This document shows positions 47,205-57,309 of a DNA stretch of 64,000 bases, one piece after another; positions within the stretch are counted from its first letter, which is position 1; each line of letters opens with the position of its first letter. The stretch spans positions 1,440,001-1,504,000 of the forward strand of contig CAVRVY010000004.1 of NCBI GenBank assembly GCA_963724765.1. The letters are read 5' to 3'. Origin of the DNA: an uncultured delta proteobacterium. Its GTDB lineage: Bacteria; Desulfobacterota; Binatia; Binatales; Binataceae. The position numbers and the translations under genes were made by a program. Under the pieces are notes generated by a model, which worked only from the letters and a program-made list of their open reading frames with translations, ran no database searches and was not told the DNA's origin.

Positions 47205-47753
47205 ATGAAAGTATTTGCGATTGGATTCACAGCGCTCTTGTTCGCCTTGGGCGCCACCCAGGTGCTCGCCGTCACAACCGAGCAACGCTACATGAGCATT
47301 AAAGGCACAGCGGCCACTGCGGTCGGGGGTCAGTGCTCTGAAGGTTATGCTGATCAGTGCCCCACAAACAGTTGCACTTGCGTAGAGGTCTCCAGTGCCA
47401 CGGTCGCCAACGTGACCGGGGAGCCTAGTTTGGCCGGGAAGGGGACTGCCGACCTGTTCCTGACATTCGACAACGGTGCGGCCACCGTGAGCGGCGTCGA
47501 CGATTGCACACCCTTCTTTGGAGTCGCGGAGTTGACCACCACCCGCGGCGGAAAGGCTTCCTCGGAAACGCTCAACCTTGTCGGAGTGAACTGCTCTCCT
47601 CTAACAACCGCCAACAGTCCAATACTGGGAGGATTCGGGATTTCGACCAGCCCGGCTCCGGTAAACGGCGGAAAAGGCTACGGAAAAATCAGCGGGTTCC
47701 TCGATCCCTCGGGCAACGTATCGATCACGCTTCATGGCCCAATCACCGAGTAA
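47205..47753 (+). CDS. Secreted six-Cys, Gly/Thr-rich protein, paralog 1
   Basis: GGAGGAG RBS; signal peptide ending VLA; CSEGYADQCPTNSCTC motif. Confidence 0.8.
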   Translation: MKVFAIGFTALLFALGATQVLAVTTEQRYMSIKGTAATAVGGQCSEGYADQCPTNSCTCVEVSSATVANVTGEPSLAGKGTADLFLTFDNGAATVSGVDDCTPFFGVAELTTTRGGKASSETLNLVGVNCSPLTTANSPILGGFGISTSPAPVNGGKGYGKISGFLDPSGNVSITLHGPITE

Positions 47754-47804
47754 TGGACCCGAGCGAGGAATCAACGCCTGAAGAGAGAGAAGAGAGGAAG
47801 GATC

Positions 47805-48371
47805 ATGCGCAAACAAATCACCTTGTTGGCAATCGCGATTGTGGCGCTCGGCGCCTCGCCGGCGCTGGCTATAAACGCGACGTTCATCGTTACGGGCCGT
47901 CTCGGGGTTACTACCACGGCCAGCAAATGCACGTCTTTGTCCTACCCTTCCATGTGTCCGTCCTCTGACAAGTGCGTCTGTTACACGGCCACAAAGACTT
48001 CGCTTCACACCGCAACAGGAGGGCCTCTGACCATTCCGCCGGGAACTACCGAGGTGGCCGTATCAGTAGACCAATCGGACAAGGCCAGCTCTCCTGGCTG
48101 CAGGCCCGCCTGGGGTGAGATTCAGTATAACCAGACTGGCGGGTCCGACACGGCGACGATCGAATTCTTTGCCTCACTATGCCAGCCACTTGCGGCTACC
48201 CTGCCCCAGAGCTTCTCTGGCGGTGGCGCCTTGACGAACGCTACGCTGAAAGTCGACGGAATCCCGATAACCGGAATTACCGGCTTCGGAACTGCTACCG
48301 GAACATATTCCGCGGCGCCTACCGGGAGTAACTTGACCCTGAATCTGACAGCGTCCGTTCCCGTTCCCTGA
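47805..48371 (+). CDS. Secreted six-Cys, Gly/Thr-rich protein, paralog 2
   Basis: GAGGA RBS; signal peptide ending ALA; CTSLSYPSMCPSSDKCVC motif. Confidence 0.8.
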   Translation: MRKQITLLAIAIVALGASPALAINATFIVTGRLGVTTTASKCTSLSYPSMCPSSDKCVCYTATKTSLHTATGGPLTIPPGTTEVAVSVDQSDKASSPGCRPAWGEIQYNQTGGSDTATIEFFASLCQPLAATLPQSFSGGGALTNATLKVDGIPITGITGFGTATGTYSAAPTGSNLTLNLTASVPVP

Positions 48372-48591
48372 GATATCCAGGACTGCGCGTCACGGCGCAT
48401 AGCTGACATTACGAGCCCGGCCCGCTACGGCGGCTCCAATGAAAAGTTGGAGCCGCCTTTCCTTTCGCCCTGGCCTGCCATGAGATGCAGTTGTTTCGTA
48501 AAACGTGACGCTGGGACCCTTGACGACCAGGGGCGAAGGGTCGTAACTGGGTCCGAGCCCACGGCAGGCGCGCGGATTATCGAGGCAGGTT

Positions 48592-49383
48592 ATGAGCATC
48601 AACAAGCTCAAGGCGGCTCTCAAAGCAGGCGGCATCGCGCTCGGCACGATCGTTTGGGATTCCCGCGGACGCGGCGTGATGCATACGCTGGCCGCGGCCG
48701 GGATGGATTACGCCTGGATCTGCACCGAGCACTCAGCCTTCAACCTGGAGACCGTGGTCGACCTGGTCGCGCAGGCGCACGCCGCCGGGATCACGCCGAT
48801 CGTGCGCATTGCGGACCTGCAGTACGAGCACGTCACCCGGTTGCTGGACTCGGGATGCCAGAGCCTGATCTTGCCGCACATCAGGAGCGGCGCCGAAGTC
48901 CGCCGCTTCATCGAACTGGCGAAGTATTATCCGCAGGGCCGCCGTGGGATGGCCATCTACGCGGGCGCCAGCACCGACTACGAAGAGGTCGATTTGCCGG
49001 CGGCGATGGCCCATGCGAACGCCAACACGCTGCTCGCGGTAATGATCGAGACGCGCGAGGCCCTGGAGAACGCCGACGAGATCTTGGTCGACGGCGTGGA
49101 CCTCGCGATCGTCGGCCATCAGGACCTCACGCAAAGCCTCGGCATCCCGGGCCAGTACGACAGCCGCACTTTCCGCGAAGCGATCGAGAAGGTGCGGGCG
49201 CTGTGCGCTGCGCGCGGAATCGCGTTTACCGGGTTTGCCGCAAAGCCGGAAGACCTCAAGGCCGCGGTCGAGGGCGGCGCGCAGTTAATCCTCTATGGCA
49301 CCGACCTTATTCTGATGCGGCGCGAAGCAGAGCGCGCCGCGCAGGCGCTGGCGCCACTTCGAAAGCGCGCCGCCGGTAAGTGA
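48592..49383 (+). CDS. HpcH/HpaI family aldolase
   Basis: ICTEHS, YYPQGRRG, MIETREA, GHQDLTQSLGIPG. Confidence 0.88.
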   Translation: MSINKLKAALKAGGIALGTIVWDSRGRGVMHTLAAAGMDYAWICTEHSAFNLETVVDLVAQAHAAGITPIVRIADLQYEHVTRLLDSGCQSLILPHIRSGAEVRRFIELAKYYPQGRRGMAIYAGASTDYEEVDLPAAMAHANANTLLAVMIETREALENADEILVDGVDLAIVGHQDLTQSLGIPGQYDSRTFREAIEKVRALCAARGIAFTGFAAKPEDLKAAVEGGAQLILYGTDLILMRREAERAAQALAPLRKRAAGK

Positions 49384-49424
49384 GCGCCGATGATCGCCGA
49401 ATCGATGGCCGAACTCCCGGCCGA

Positions 49425-50663
49425 CTAGCTTAGTTCGTTTTTATAGATGACCCCATCTTTCATGATGAGTTTCAGATTCTTCTCCGGCTGAGTCATAACG
49501 TGCACGTCATTGAGGGGATCCCCTTCTATGATCAGCAGATCAGCGTAGGCTCCAGGAGAAATCGTGCCTAGTTTTCCCTTTTGCATCAGCAAATCGGCGT
49601 TTATAGTCGTTGCGGACTGGATGATATTGACCGCGGAGTCCAATTCGATTCGCATCTCGAATTCCCGAAGTTGGGACTTTTGCGCTTCCGGTCCCCACAA
49701 ATCCGTTCCGAAGGCGATCGGGACGTGGCAATTTCTGGCCCACGAGTAAACCTGTTTTCCCTTGGCTACCGTCCGCTGGATATTGTCGACAATCGACGCC
49801 GACAAATGGGTTTCGCTCGCGCTTTCAATACGTTGAACGAGGGATATGAAGGTTGGATCGAAATAGGCATTGTTTTCCGCCATCATCGCGACGGTTTTCT
49901 CGCTCACGAAATTGGCATGTTCGATCGAGCGCACGCCGGCCTTGAGACATCGCCGCACCCCTTCGTCGGTATACACATGGGCCATGACGTAGGTGCCACG
50001 AGCGGCGGCCTCCTCCACGGCAGCTCGCAGTTCCGCTTCTGAAAATTCGTAGAGAGTCGAGTGGGATTCCGACGGAAACACGACGCCGCCTGATGCAAAT
50101 AGCTTGATCTGGGTTGCACCCTGACGCAGCTCCTCGCGGGCGGCCTTGCGCACCTCGTCGACGCCATCGGCAATCACCGACATGACGGAGAATGGGCTGA
50201 CATGACCGCATGGATCGATGTGCTCACTTGGGGTGCGAAAATCCGCCCCGCCGCCGGTCTGCGTCAGCGCTTTGCCAGAGTAGAAAAGCCTGGGCCCGAT
50301 TATGATGCCCTCGGCTATCAGTCGGGCGATCTGATAGTCCGCACCCCCCGCCTCGCGAATCGTCGTGAAGCCGTTCATGAGACTGTTACGCAAGTAGCTC
50401 GAAGCAGCAAAGGTGATCTCCGACGCAGAATAGGAAATGTTCTTAGGGCTGAGGGAAAGCCCGGTGATGTGTGCATGGGCGTCGATCAAGCCCGGCATGA
50501 GCGTTCTGCCGGCAACGTCGATGACCAATGCATCGGCATGATCGAGGGACCTCGGGGACACGGCGCTTATCAAGTTGCCGGTGACCAGAACGTTAAGGGA
50601 TGTCTGCAGATCTGCGAATCCTTCGCGAACGACGTTGGCATTTGTAAAGAGAATCTCAGGCAT
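49425..50663 (-). CDS. Amidohydrolase (prolidase-like metal-dependent hydrolase)
   Basis: PGLIDAHAH, GFTTIRE, QIKL, VMAHVY, SIEHAN, FGTDL. Confidence 0.9.
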   Translation of the reverse strand: MPEILFTNANVVREGFADLQTSLNVLVTGNLISAVSPRSLDHADALVIDVAGRTLMPGLIDAHAHITGLSLSPKNISYSASEITFAASSYLRNSLMNGFTTIREAGGADYQIARLIAEGIIIGPRLFYSGKALTQTGGGADFRTPSEHIDPCGHVSPFSVMSVIADGVDEVRKAAREELRQGATQIKLFASGGVVFPSESHSTLYEFSEAELRAAVEEAAARGTYVMAHVYTDEGVRRCLKAGVRSIEHANFVSEKTVAMMAENNAYFDPTFISLVQRIESASETHLSASIVDNIQRTVAKGKQVYSWARNCHVPIAFGTDLWGPEAQKSQLREFEMRIELDSAVNIIQSATTINADLLMQKGKLGTISPGAYADLLIIEGDPLNDVHVMTQPEKNLKLIMKDGVIYKNELS

Positions 50664-50824
50664 GTATTGAATTCCCTGCGCCCACCGCTTAGCGCCTGTT
50701 ATCGGCCACGACCGGGCCATTGCGGCCTAATCGGCCCGCCCATGTTAGAACGTTTGCTTCGTAACTATATGCGACGCCGGACGGATCGGGATAGGTTCAG
50801 GTCAGACTTCGCCCCAGTGCGTCG

Positions 50825-50909
50825 CATCGGCGGCGATCATGAACTTCTTGCCGCTGCGCAGGCACTCGAGGCCAAGGTCGAAGCGCTGGTCGCCTCGGCC
50901 GTGTCCTGA
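50825..50909 (+). pseudogene. Possible C-terminal remnant of a DUF302-like gene
   Basis: ELLAAAQALEAKVEALV followed by a stop; resemblance recalled from memory only, no intact N-terminus. Confidence 0.25.
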
Positions 50910-51031
50910 AGTGATCCGATGAACGATTGGGTCGACGACTTAGGGCACACCGTCAAACGACGGTTATGGTTCGATATTTGAGGGTAGGCACTGCGGGATC
51001 CAGGTCTACATCGTCCTTTACCGTCGGAAAT

Positions 51032-51244
51032 TCATAGACCGCCCATCCAACGCAGAATCACATCTCTTCGGTATCGCCAATCGTTGCCGACGCGGAAACT
51101 CGATATCCTGCCGCGCTTGATCATCTTACAAAGCGTAGACGAGTCGATTCGCAGCAGCTCGGAAGCCTCTTCCAATGTCAGGATTTCACGGTCAGGGGCC
51201 GGGTTCCTGACGCGGACCCCGGGACCCAGTACCACACTATTCAT
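51032..51244 (-). CDS. Excisionase-like HTH_17 DNA-binding protein
   Basis: ILTLEEASELLRI...TLCKMIKRGRISSFRVGNDWRY. Confidence 0.8.
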   Translation of the reverse strand: MNSVVLGPGVRVRNPAPDREILTLEEASELLRIDSSTLCKMIKRGRISSFRVGNDWRYRRDVILRWMGGL

Positions 51245-51304
51245 GAAGGCGCTCTCGAATGATTGGAAATGCTCTCCGCTGGCTCCGTTGGAAGATTTTG
51301 CCGG

Positions 51305-51538
51305 TCACGCGCGGTCTCGCATCACGTGCGCGCCTTCATTCTTGGCGCAGTCTGCACAGCAATAGATTTTACCGTCCTGCTCGGCGCCGTGACCGATAAT
51401 CCGGCAGCCGCAATGGGCGCAGGAGGGCGCCATCGCGTGGATGGCACATTCGAAGCTGTCGAAGGTCAACGTCCTGCCCGCCTGAGTGACGTTGAACGCC
51501 TTATCGTAGTCATTGCCACATACGTCGCATTTAGGCAT
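51305..51538 (-). CDS. Small Cys-rich metal-binding (prokaryotic metallothionein-like) protein
   Basis: CDVCGNDYDKAF...FDSFECAIH..APSCAHCGCRIIGHG....YCCADCA; AGGAG RBS. Confidence 0.85.
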   Translation of the reverse strand: MPKCDVCGNDYDKAFNVTQAGRTLTFDSFECAIHAMAPSCAHCGCRIIGHGAEQDGKIYCCADCAKNEGAHVMRDRA

Positions 51539-51730
51539 GGCTTAGCTCCTGTCAACGGGTAAAGCAGGCTCGAGTCCGGCCATTCCGAATGTTTCTCGGC
51601 GATAAAAGGAACGTTTTTACCTTCATACGCCTCGGAGGTTGCTCCGCCTTACATTATTTTGAAAATGATACCGCAGCCCGCCATTGACCGATTTCAGATT
51701 TCCCTTGACGCTAGGCGCAATGACTATTTC

Positions 51731-51931
51731 TCACTGAGGCGCCTCCATAGTCTGTTCAACCATCCAGCGCTCAATCCTGTCCTTCAGGAATCGCCAATCC
51801 GCGCCGATGCGGAAGCTTGGAATCCTGCCCTGCTTGATCATCTTATAAAGTGTAGACGGGTGGACTCGTAGTAGATCGGAAACTTCCTTTACCGTCAGGA
51901 TTTCGGGATCGACTGCCATACGATTCATCAC
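51731..51931 (-). CDS. Excisionase-like HTH_17 DNA-binding protein
   Basis: ILTVKEVSDLLRVHPSTLYKMIKQGRIPSFRIGADWRF; AGGAG RBS. Confidence 0.88.
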   Translation of the reverse strand: MMNRMAVDPEILTVKEVSDLLRVHPSTLYKMIKQGRIPSFRIGADWRFLKDRIERWMVEQTMEAPQ

Positions 51932-51976
51932 GCGCTCCTTTCTTTGGATTAGCGGTAACTCCTTCGTTTCGAGCGC

Positions 51977-51992
51977 AGCAATAGGCGTGCCG
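51977..51992 (-). promoter_or_regulatory. Sigma54 -24/-12 promoter for the HTH_17 gene
   Basis: Minus strand CGGCACG-CCTA-TTGCT, near consensus. Confidence 0.7.
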
Positions 51993-52294
51993 CCGACCCG
52001 CTTGCATTTATGGCCCTAAACCGTCGGCTCGAGGCGTGCTTAGCAAATTTTTCAGGCAAGATTTTCAGGTCTGCCAATAGCCCGATGGATATAGCCCAGC
52101 GACAAATCGCTTGCTGGTGCCGAGTACACTGACCCGAGGAAAAAGCGTGATGAGGACGGCGGAAACCCCTTTAAGTCCTGACTTGAGACTTTCCGGACCG
52201 CGCGCTCGGAGATCAAGAGTTTTTCAGCACGCGCCGCTCTCACGCAAAAAGGCGTGTCTGCGAGGTGGCAAACCCGGTCAGCCAAAACCTGTTG

Positions 52295-52853
52295 CTAGGA
52301 AGCCGGTACTATTATGGTTGGCGGAAATGGTGGCGTCACGGCAGGCGGTTCTGACGCAGGCTGTTTCAAGGGATGCAGCGGTGCTGGAATGAGTTCCGTC
52401 GAGTGACTGGGCTGCTGAACGACGGCTTTTTCATGAAAGTGGATGTTAGAACTCACAAGAACTCCGGGTTTCACGCCCACGAGCCTGTCAGACGAATAGC
52501 AGAAAGTCACCGGATGCTTTTCGTTCTTAGTTAAAGCCTCTGTCGGAGTGAGGACGATTTCGCTCAGGCCCAATGTAAGGACATCCGCCGTGCCCTCCAA
52601 AAGAGCAACTCCAGCCTTACCGCCAGCTCCGTAACCTCTCGTATAGAGACGGTACATCTCGCACTTCGTACCATCCGCCTCAAAAGCGCTGACCTCAGGA
52701 GCGCCCAATCGTTGGCGTACGGAACTCCGAGATTGTCCGACTTCGAACTTATGTAAATCTGTAGGTGTTGGTTGGGCGGTTCGCTTCCATAAACACCGAG
52801 CAACCGGATCCCGCAAAAACTACGACCGCCAGCCAGAGATTGTGCCATTTCAT
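52295..52853 (-). pseudogene. Lipoprotein gene disrupted by a 4-bp tandem duplication
   Basis: MKWHNLWLAVVVFAGSG-C lipobox from ATG 52853. GTTGGTTG at 52767-52774 shifts the frame; removing 4 nt gives CSVFMEANRPTPTDLHKFEVGQSR... Confidence 0.75.
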
Positions 52854-53399
52854 GTAACTATCCGCGCCGATCAACGTCGGCACTTAGCCGCCTCAAGCAT
52901 TTTGGTCTGCTGCAGCTCGAGCATTCCGCAATGCGTCGGTACTCATTACGGTCATATCGCGCGATGGTATTTATGCGTCGCAACGTCTGGCGCTGCCCAT
53001 TCATCATTAATTCTCTGTCAACCCGCCAGAGGGGTTATCAGCTGGGCCACTTTTAAAGCTTCTTTAGCATTGCCCAATTCTGCAGTGTTCTGAAACTTGC
53101 TTGCTCTCGATCTGATGATAAACAGCAAAACAGCGTCCACCCTCGCTGGCCACGAGCGCGAGACAAGGGACCTATCCGCCAGCGAGTTTTGATTCTGGCC
53201 CCCTTTGTTAACGGGCGGCCATCAATGAAAGATCCCGTTTTGTAAATGTCGGACGAAAACGTGTCGTCAGGTTTTGTAAAATAGAGCCTGGCGGCAGGTT
53301 CTCGTTTATAGCGGATTCCCTTGTAGAAATTCCGCTCAGACACTCAAGGGCGAGCAATAGTAGGCTATCGCCCAAAAGGCAGGCGCAAAGTGATCTTTT

Positions 53400-53415
53400 C
53401 GGCTCGCGTTTTGCA
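53400..53415 (+). promoter_or_regulatory. Sigma54-like -24/-12 site
   Basis: CGGCTCG-CGTT-TTGCA. Confidence 0.5.
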
Positions 53416-53687
53416 CGCCTCCTTATTCACATCTCCTCGAGGTCGTACCATGCCTGAATGGATTACGCTCTAACGATCGAAGATTTTCGCTAATCTGAAC
53501 GCAGCGGGAGCTTTCCGACAGCCGAAATCGGACAGTCGATGCGATTGTTTGATATTCAAGTCATCATTAGAGCATAGGCAAGACAACATACAATGGCGTG
53601 ATGAAGCCAGCTATTTTTCGGTGCCGTTAAGCTCTTAGTGGTGATATCGTTGAATCGTATTTACCGGCCCTGTCACAGGAGGACGTC

Positions 53688-55109
53688 GTGCGTACTCGCC
53701 TCATTCATCTCATCAATCCGAAAACGGATTCGCTTACGACCCGCCCCCTGTACATGAATCGAGCGTTGTACTCGCCGCTTGCAGGTCTACTCGCAGTTGC
53801 CGCATCCATTCCTCGCGACCAGTACGAAGTCGTCCTCACAGACGAGAACATCGAGACGATAGACTTCGATTTGAAGGCCGACCTCGTCGGGATTTCCGCG
53901 ATGACGAGTTACGCCAACCGCGGCTACGAAATCGCCGACCAATTCCGCGCCAAGGGTGTGCCCGTCGTCATGGGCGGGGTGCATCCAAGCTTCATGCCGC
54001 AGGAAGCTCTGAAACATTGCGACGCTGTCGTTATCGGCGAAGTCGAGCTCGTGATCGACAAGCTGCTCGATGATCTCAAACAAGGGTCGATGCGCGGACC
54101 CTATAAATCGAACACGCTGCATCCGATGGTCGGAATGCCGATGCCGCGGTATGATCTTCTGAAGAAGAACCGGTACGTGAACCGCACTTTCGTGCAGACT
54201 TCACGCGGTTGCCACCAAGGTTGTACGTTCTGCGCCGAACCCCTGATGAACGGCCTCAAGTTCCGCTATCGGCCGGTCGATGAGGTCATTTACGAGATGG
54301 AGAACTGCGGTGCGCGCACCATCTCGATCAACAACGCCGACTTTTTCGGCACGCCAGAGCGTCCGAAGGAAGTGATGCGCGCGTTGAAGGGACGCGGCAT
54401 CCGGTGGCAGGCCGGAGTGACCTCCAAACTCGCCCAGGACGACCGCATGCTCGAGCTCGCGGCCGAAAGCGGCTGCACAATGCTGAGCATCGGCTTTGAG
54501 TCGATCTCGCGCGCGACACTCAAAAGCGTGCACAAGCATGTCAATCGGCCGGAGACATTCGCCGCCCTGGTAGAGAAAGTCCACTCTTACGGGATCATGG
54601 TGTTCGGCTTATTCATCTTTGGCTTCGACGACGACGATCGTTCGATTTTCGACGAAACCGTCAACTTCAACATCGACGCCAAATACGACGCTTGTGCCTA
54701 TTCGGCGCTTACTCCCTATCCGGGCACCCTCACCTGGTACGACATGAAGAAGGCGAATCGTATCGTTTCCTTCGACTGGACGATGTACGATCAGGGCCAT
54801 GTCGTCTATTGCCCCGCGCAGATGTTGGCGGACGAGCTCCGCATCGGCCTAAGGGGCGCATACGAGGGTTTCTATTCGACATCGTCAATCGCCAGCCGAT
54901 TCCCGCTGCTGGGTAAACGGCATCGCACGCAATGGCTGATCTACAATCTTTTCATGCGCAAAGCGTCGCGGACCCTGAACATTGATTCAATCGCGGCACC
55001 GACGGCGGAGCCCGAGGTTGCTCCGATGCCCCCGATCCTGCCCGTCAAACGCGAATGGCGTGCGGCAGTGCTTGAGGCAGCAGGCGGACCGGGCCCACAT
55101 CTGAGCTGA
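53688..55109 (+). CDS. Cobalamin-binding radical SAM protein
   Basis: B12 domain (LVGISAMT, MGGVHPS, IGEVE); SRGCHQGCTFC cluster motif; TPYPGT; AGGAGG RBS. Confidence 0.92.
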   Translation: MRTRLIHLINPKTDSLTTRPLYMNRALYSPLAGLLAVAASIPRDQYEVVLTDENIETIDFDLKADLVGISAMTSYANRGYEIADQFRAKGVPVVMGGVHPSFMPQEALKHCDAVVIGEVELVIDKLLDDLKQGSMRGPYKSNTLHPMVGMPMPRYDLLKKNRYVNRTFVQTSRGCHQGCTFCAEPLMNGLKFRYRPVDEVIYEMENCGARTISINNADFFGTPERPKEVMRALKGRGIRWQAGVTSKLAQDDRMLELAAESGCTMLSIGFESISRATLKSVHKHVNRPETFAALVEKVHSYGIMVFGLFIFGFDDDDRSIFDETVNFNIDAKYDACAYSALTPYPGTLTWYDMKKANRIVSFDWTMYDQGHVVYCPAQMLADELRIGLRGAYEGFYSTSSIASRFPLLGKRHRTQWLIYNLFMRKASRTLNIDSIAAPTAEPEVAPMPPILPVKREWRAAVLEAAGGPGPHLS

Positions 55110-55307
55110 AGCGACGTTCAACAAACAACAGACACTTGGAACACCGCAGTGCCGGGTAGCGGCGATACAGCAGTAAGTCGCCAATCCTCAGTTAGACATT
55201 ACCGCAGAGAATTGTTTCTCCTGGAACGGCCATGAGTCGCAGGGGCCGTAATAGCCATTCTACAGGGGATTGGCCCGTCTGTTGCGTATGATCGATATAT
55301 CGATTAA

Positions 55308-55347
55308 CAACCGACAAAACCATCATGCAACCCACAAAACCATCATG
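55308..55347. repeat. 20-bp tandem duplication (one mismatch) in an AT-rich intergenic region
   Basis: CAACCGACAAAACCATCATG followed by CAACCCACAAAACCATCATG. Confidence 0.8.
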
Positions 55348-55387
55348 GATTTTGTGAAAAAAAATCCAACCATGCCTTAATTACCAG

Positions 55388-56575
55388 ATGTGGAAAGGAT
55401 CAGTGACAAAAGATCAATGCGAGCGTGGCCTCGGCTGTCTGCCCGATCAGCTGAAGACCTCACAGATTGACTCGAATCAGCGAGCTCAGCGGTTGCTGGC
55501 ACAGCTAGTCGAAATGATACCGCGGATGGAGCGGAATGCCAGCGAACTCGACCGTAAAAGTGAATTCCCGACCGCTGAGTTGGACGAGCTGCGCGATATA
55601 GGGGCATTGGCGGCGGTGGCGCCGGAGCGTTTTGGTGGACTGGGCTTTGGGATCGAATCGAAGAGAACATTTGACCTATTCAATCTCCTCCGCCTGATAG
55701 GACGCGGAAATCTCGCGTTGGGGCGAGTTTTCGAAGGCCACGTAAACGCGTTCGGGTTGGTGGCGGTGTATGGCAATGAAGCGCAACTCGCCGAAGCGTC
55801 ACGCGACGCACGCGAGGGAAATCTGTTCGCGATTTGGAATACGGAACCGCCGGAAGGGTTGCGAGTGGTAGGCACAAGCCTGAAAGGGACTAAGGTTTTT
55901 TGCTCAGCCGCGGGCTACGCGACCAGGGCCTTGGTCACGGCAAAGACTGAGAACGGTGAATCCCGAATGCTGCTCCTTCCGTTAGAGCGCGGGAAGCGGA
56001 CGGAACCAATGGAGTTCCGTCCCCAGGGGATGCGGGCTGCAACTACAAAGCGGATGGTGTTCGACGGACTTTCCATACCTGCGAACGCATTCATTGGCCA
56101 TGCGAATGACTACGTCAGAGAGCCGGCTTTTTCCGGGGGAGCCTGGCGTGCGTCGGCAGTTACCCTGGGCGGATTGGAAGCTTTGATCGAAGAGACGCGA
56201 GTGCAACTCGTAAGACGCGGGAGACATCGCAGTTCTCATCAACAGACGCGGATGGGCCATGCGATTATCGCACAGGAGACTGCGCGCTTGTGGTGTCAGC
56301 AGGCCGCGCTGATTGCGGAAGGGTCTCTCGCCAACCCGGAAGAGAAGACCGCTTATGTGAACTTGGCCCGGACAGCGATTGAAACCGCCACGATGGATGC
56401 GATGAGACTTGTCCAGCGCTCAATCGGGTTGGCTGGTTTCCTCGAGCCGAACCCGATCGAAAGGCTTATGCGCGACTTGGGAACCTATCTGCGTCAGCCG
56501 GCTCCGGATGAGGCTTTGGCGGAGGCAGCAGGCTGGTTCTTCGAGAATGGCGGTCTGCCGCGCCTGGAATCATGA
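55388..56575 (+). CDS. Acyl-CoA dehydrogenase-like protein (start uncertain)
   Basis: LGRVFEGHVNA, GTKVFCS, GMRA, ERLMRDLGTYLRQPAPD. Confidence 0.85.
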   Translation: MWKGSVTKDQCERGLGCLPDQLKTSQIDSNQRAQRLLAQLVEMIPRMERNASELDRKSEFPTAELDELRDIGALAAVAPERFGGLGFGIESKRTFDLFNLLRLIGRGNLALGRVFEGHVNAFGLVAVYGNEAQLAEASRDAREGNLFAIWNTEPPEGLRVVGTSLKGTKVFCSAAGYATRALVTAKTENGESRMLLLPLERGKRTEPMEFRPQGMRAATTKRMVFDGLSIPANAFIGHANDYVREPAFSGGAWRASAVTLGGLEALIEETRVQLVRRGRHRSSHQQTRMGHAIIAQETARLWCQQAALIAEGSLANPEEKTAYVNLARTAIETATMDAMRLVQRSIGLAGFLEPNPIERLMRDLGTYLRQPAPDEALAEAAGWFFENGGLPRLES

Positions 56576-57309
56576 TTCGCGCCGCGGATATCTTTTCCCA
56601 CCTTCGAGCGCTTCCGCTGGCCGGACTCGATACGATTGCGAATGATGGCAATGTGATGGTGTTGGCACCGCATCCTGACGACGAGAGTCTCGGCTGCGGC
56701 GGACTCATCACTCAACTAGCAGCTAAAGGTCAGCCGCCGGTGGTCGTAATTGTCACTGATGGGACTGGCTCTCATCCTTCCTCGCGCAGCTACCCACCTA
56801 CGCGTCTGCGCGTTTTGCGCGAACGCGAAGCGCTCGAGGCTGTCACCATTCTCGGACTTCCCGCCGAACGGCTACATTTTCTGCGCTTGCGTGACACTGC
56901 GACACCGCAATACGGACCGGAATTTGATTCAACCGTCAATGTCATCGCAGGCTTGATGAGAGATAACGGATGCCGTGTGCTTTGCGCGCCGTGGATCCAT
57001 GATCCGCATTGCGACCACGAGGGTGCGCAATTGATTGCTCGCGCCGCCGCAAAGAACACGGGCGCCGCACTGCTCTCTTATCCTGTCTGGGGATGGCTAT
57101 TGGCGGAGGAGACGCCGCTGCCCGACACGACCTTGGAGGGCTGGCGGCTGGACATCCATGAACACTTACCGTTAAAGCGCCGAGCGATAGCCGCTCACGC
57201 CTCGCAGTATTCCGATCTGATAATGGATGATCCAAATGGTTTTCGATTGCCGCCCGATTTGCTTTCTGTATTTGAGCAGCCCTACGAAGTGATTCTTCGA
57301 AACTATTGA
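56572..57309 (+). CDS. PIG-L/LmbE family deacetylase
   Basis: APHPDDESLGCGG, TDG..SH, DPHCDH, KRRAIAAHASQ. Confidence 0.92.
   Translation: MIRAADIFSHLRALPLAGLDTIANDGNVMVLAPHPDDESLGCGGLITQLAAKGQPPVVVIVTDGTGSHPSSRSYPPTRLRVLREREALEAVTILGLPAERLHFLRLRDTATPQYGPEFDSTVNVIAGLMRDNGCRVLCAPWIHDPHCDHEGAQLIARAAAKNTGAALLSYPVWGWLLAEETPLPDTTLEGWRLDIHEHLPLKRRAIAAHASQYSDLIMDDPNGFRLPPDLLSVFEQPYEVILRNY

Noticed and set aside
51032-51931. Prophage or ICE call from the excisionase-like genes
   Set aside because: No integrase, att repeat, tRNA, structural or conjugation genes are in the window.
53053-53343. 96-aa minus-strand ORF
   Set aside because: No recognisable motif; cannot be supported as a gene from the sequence alone.
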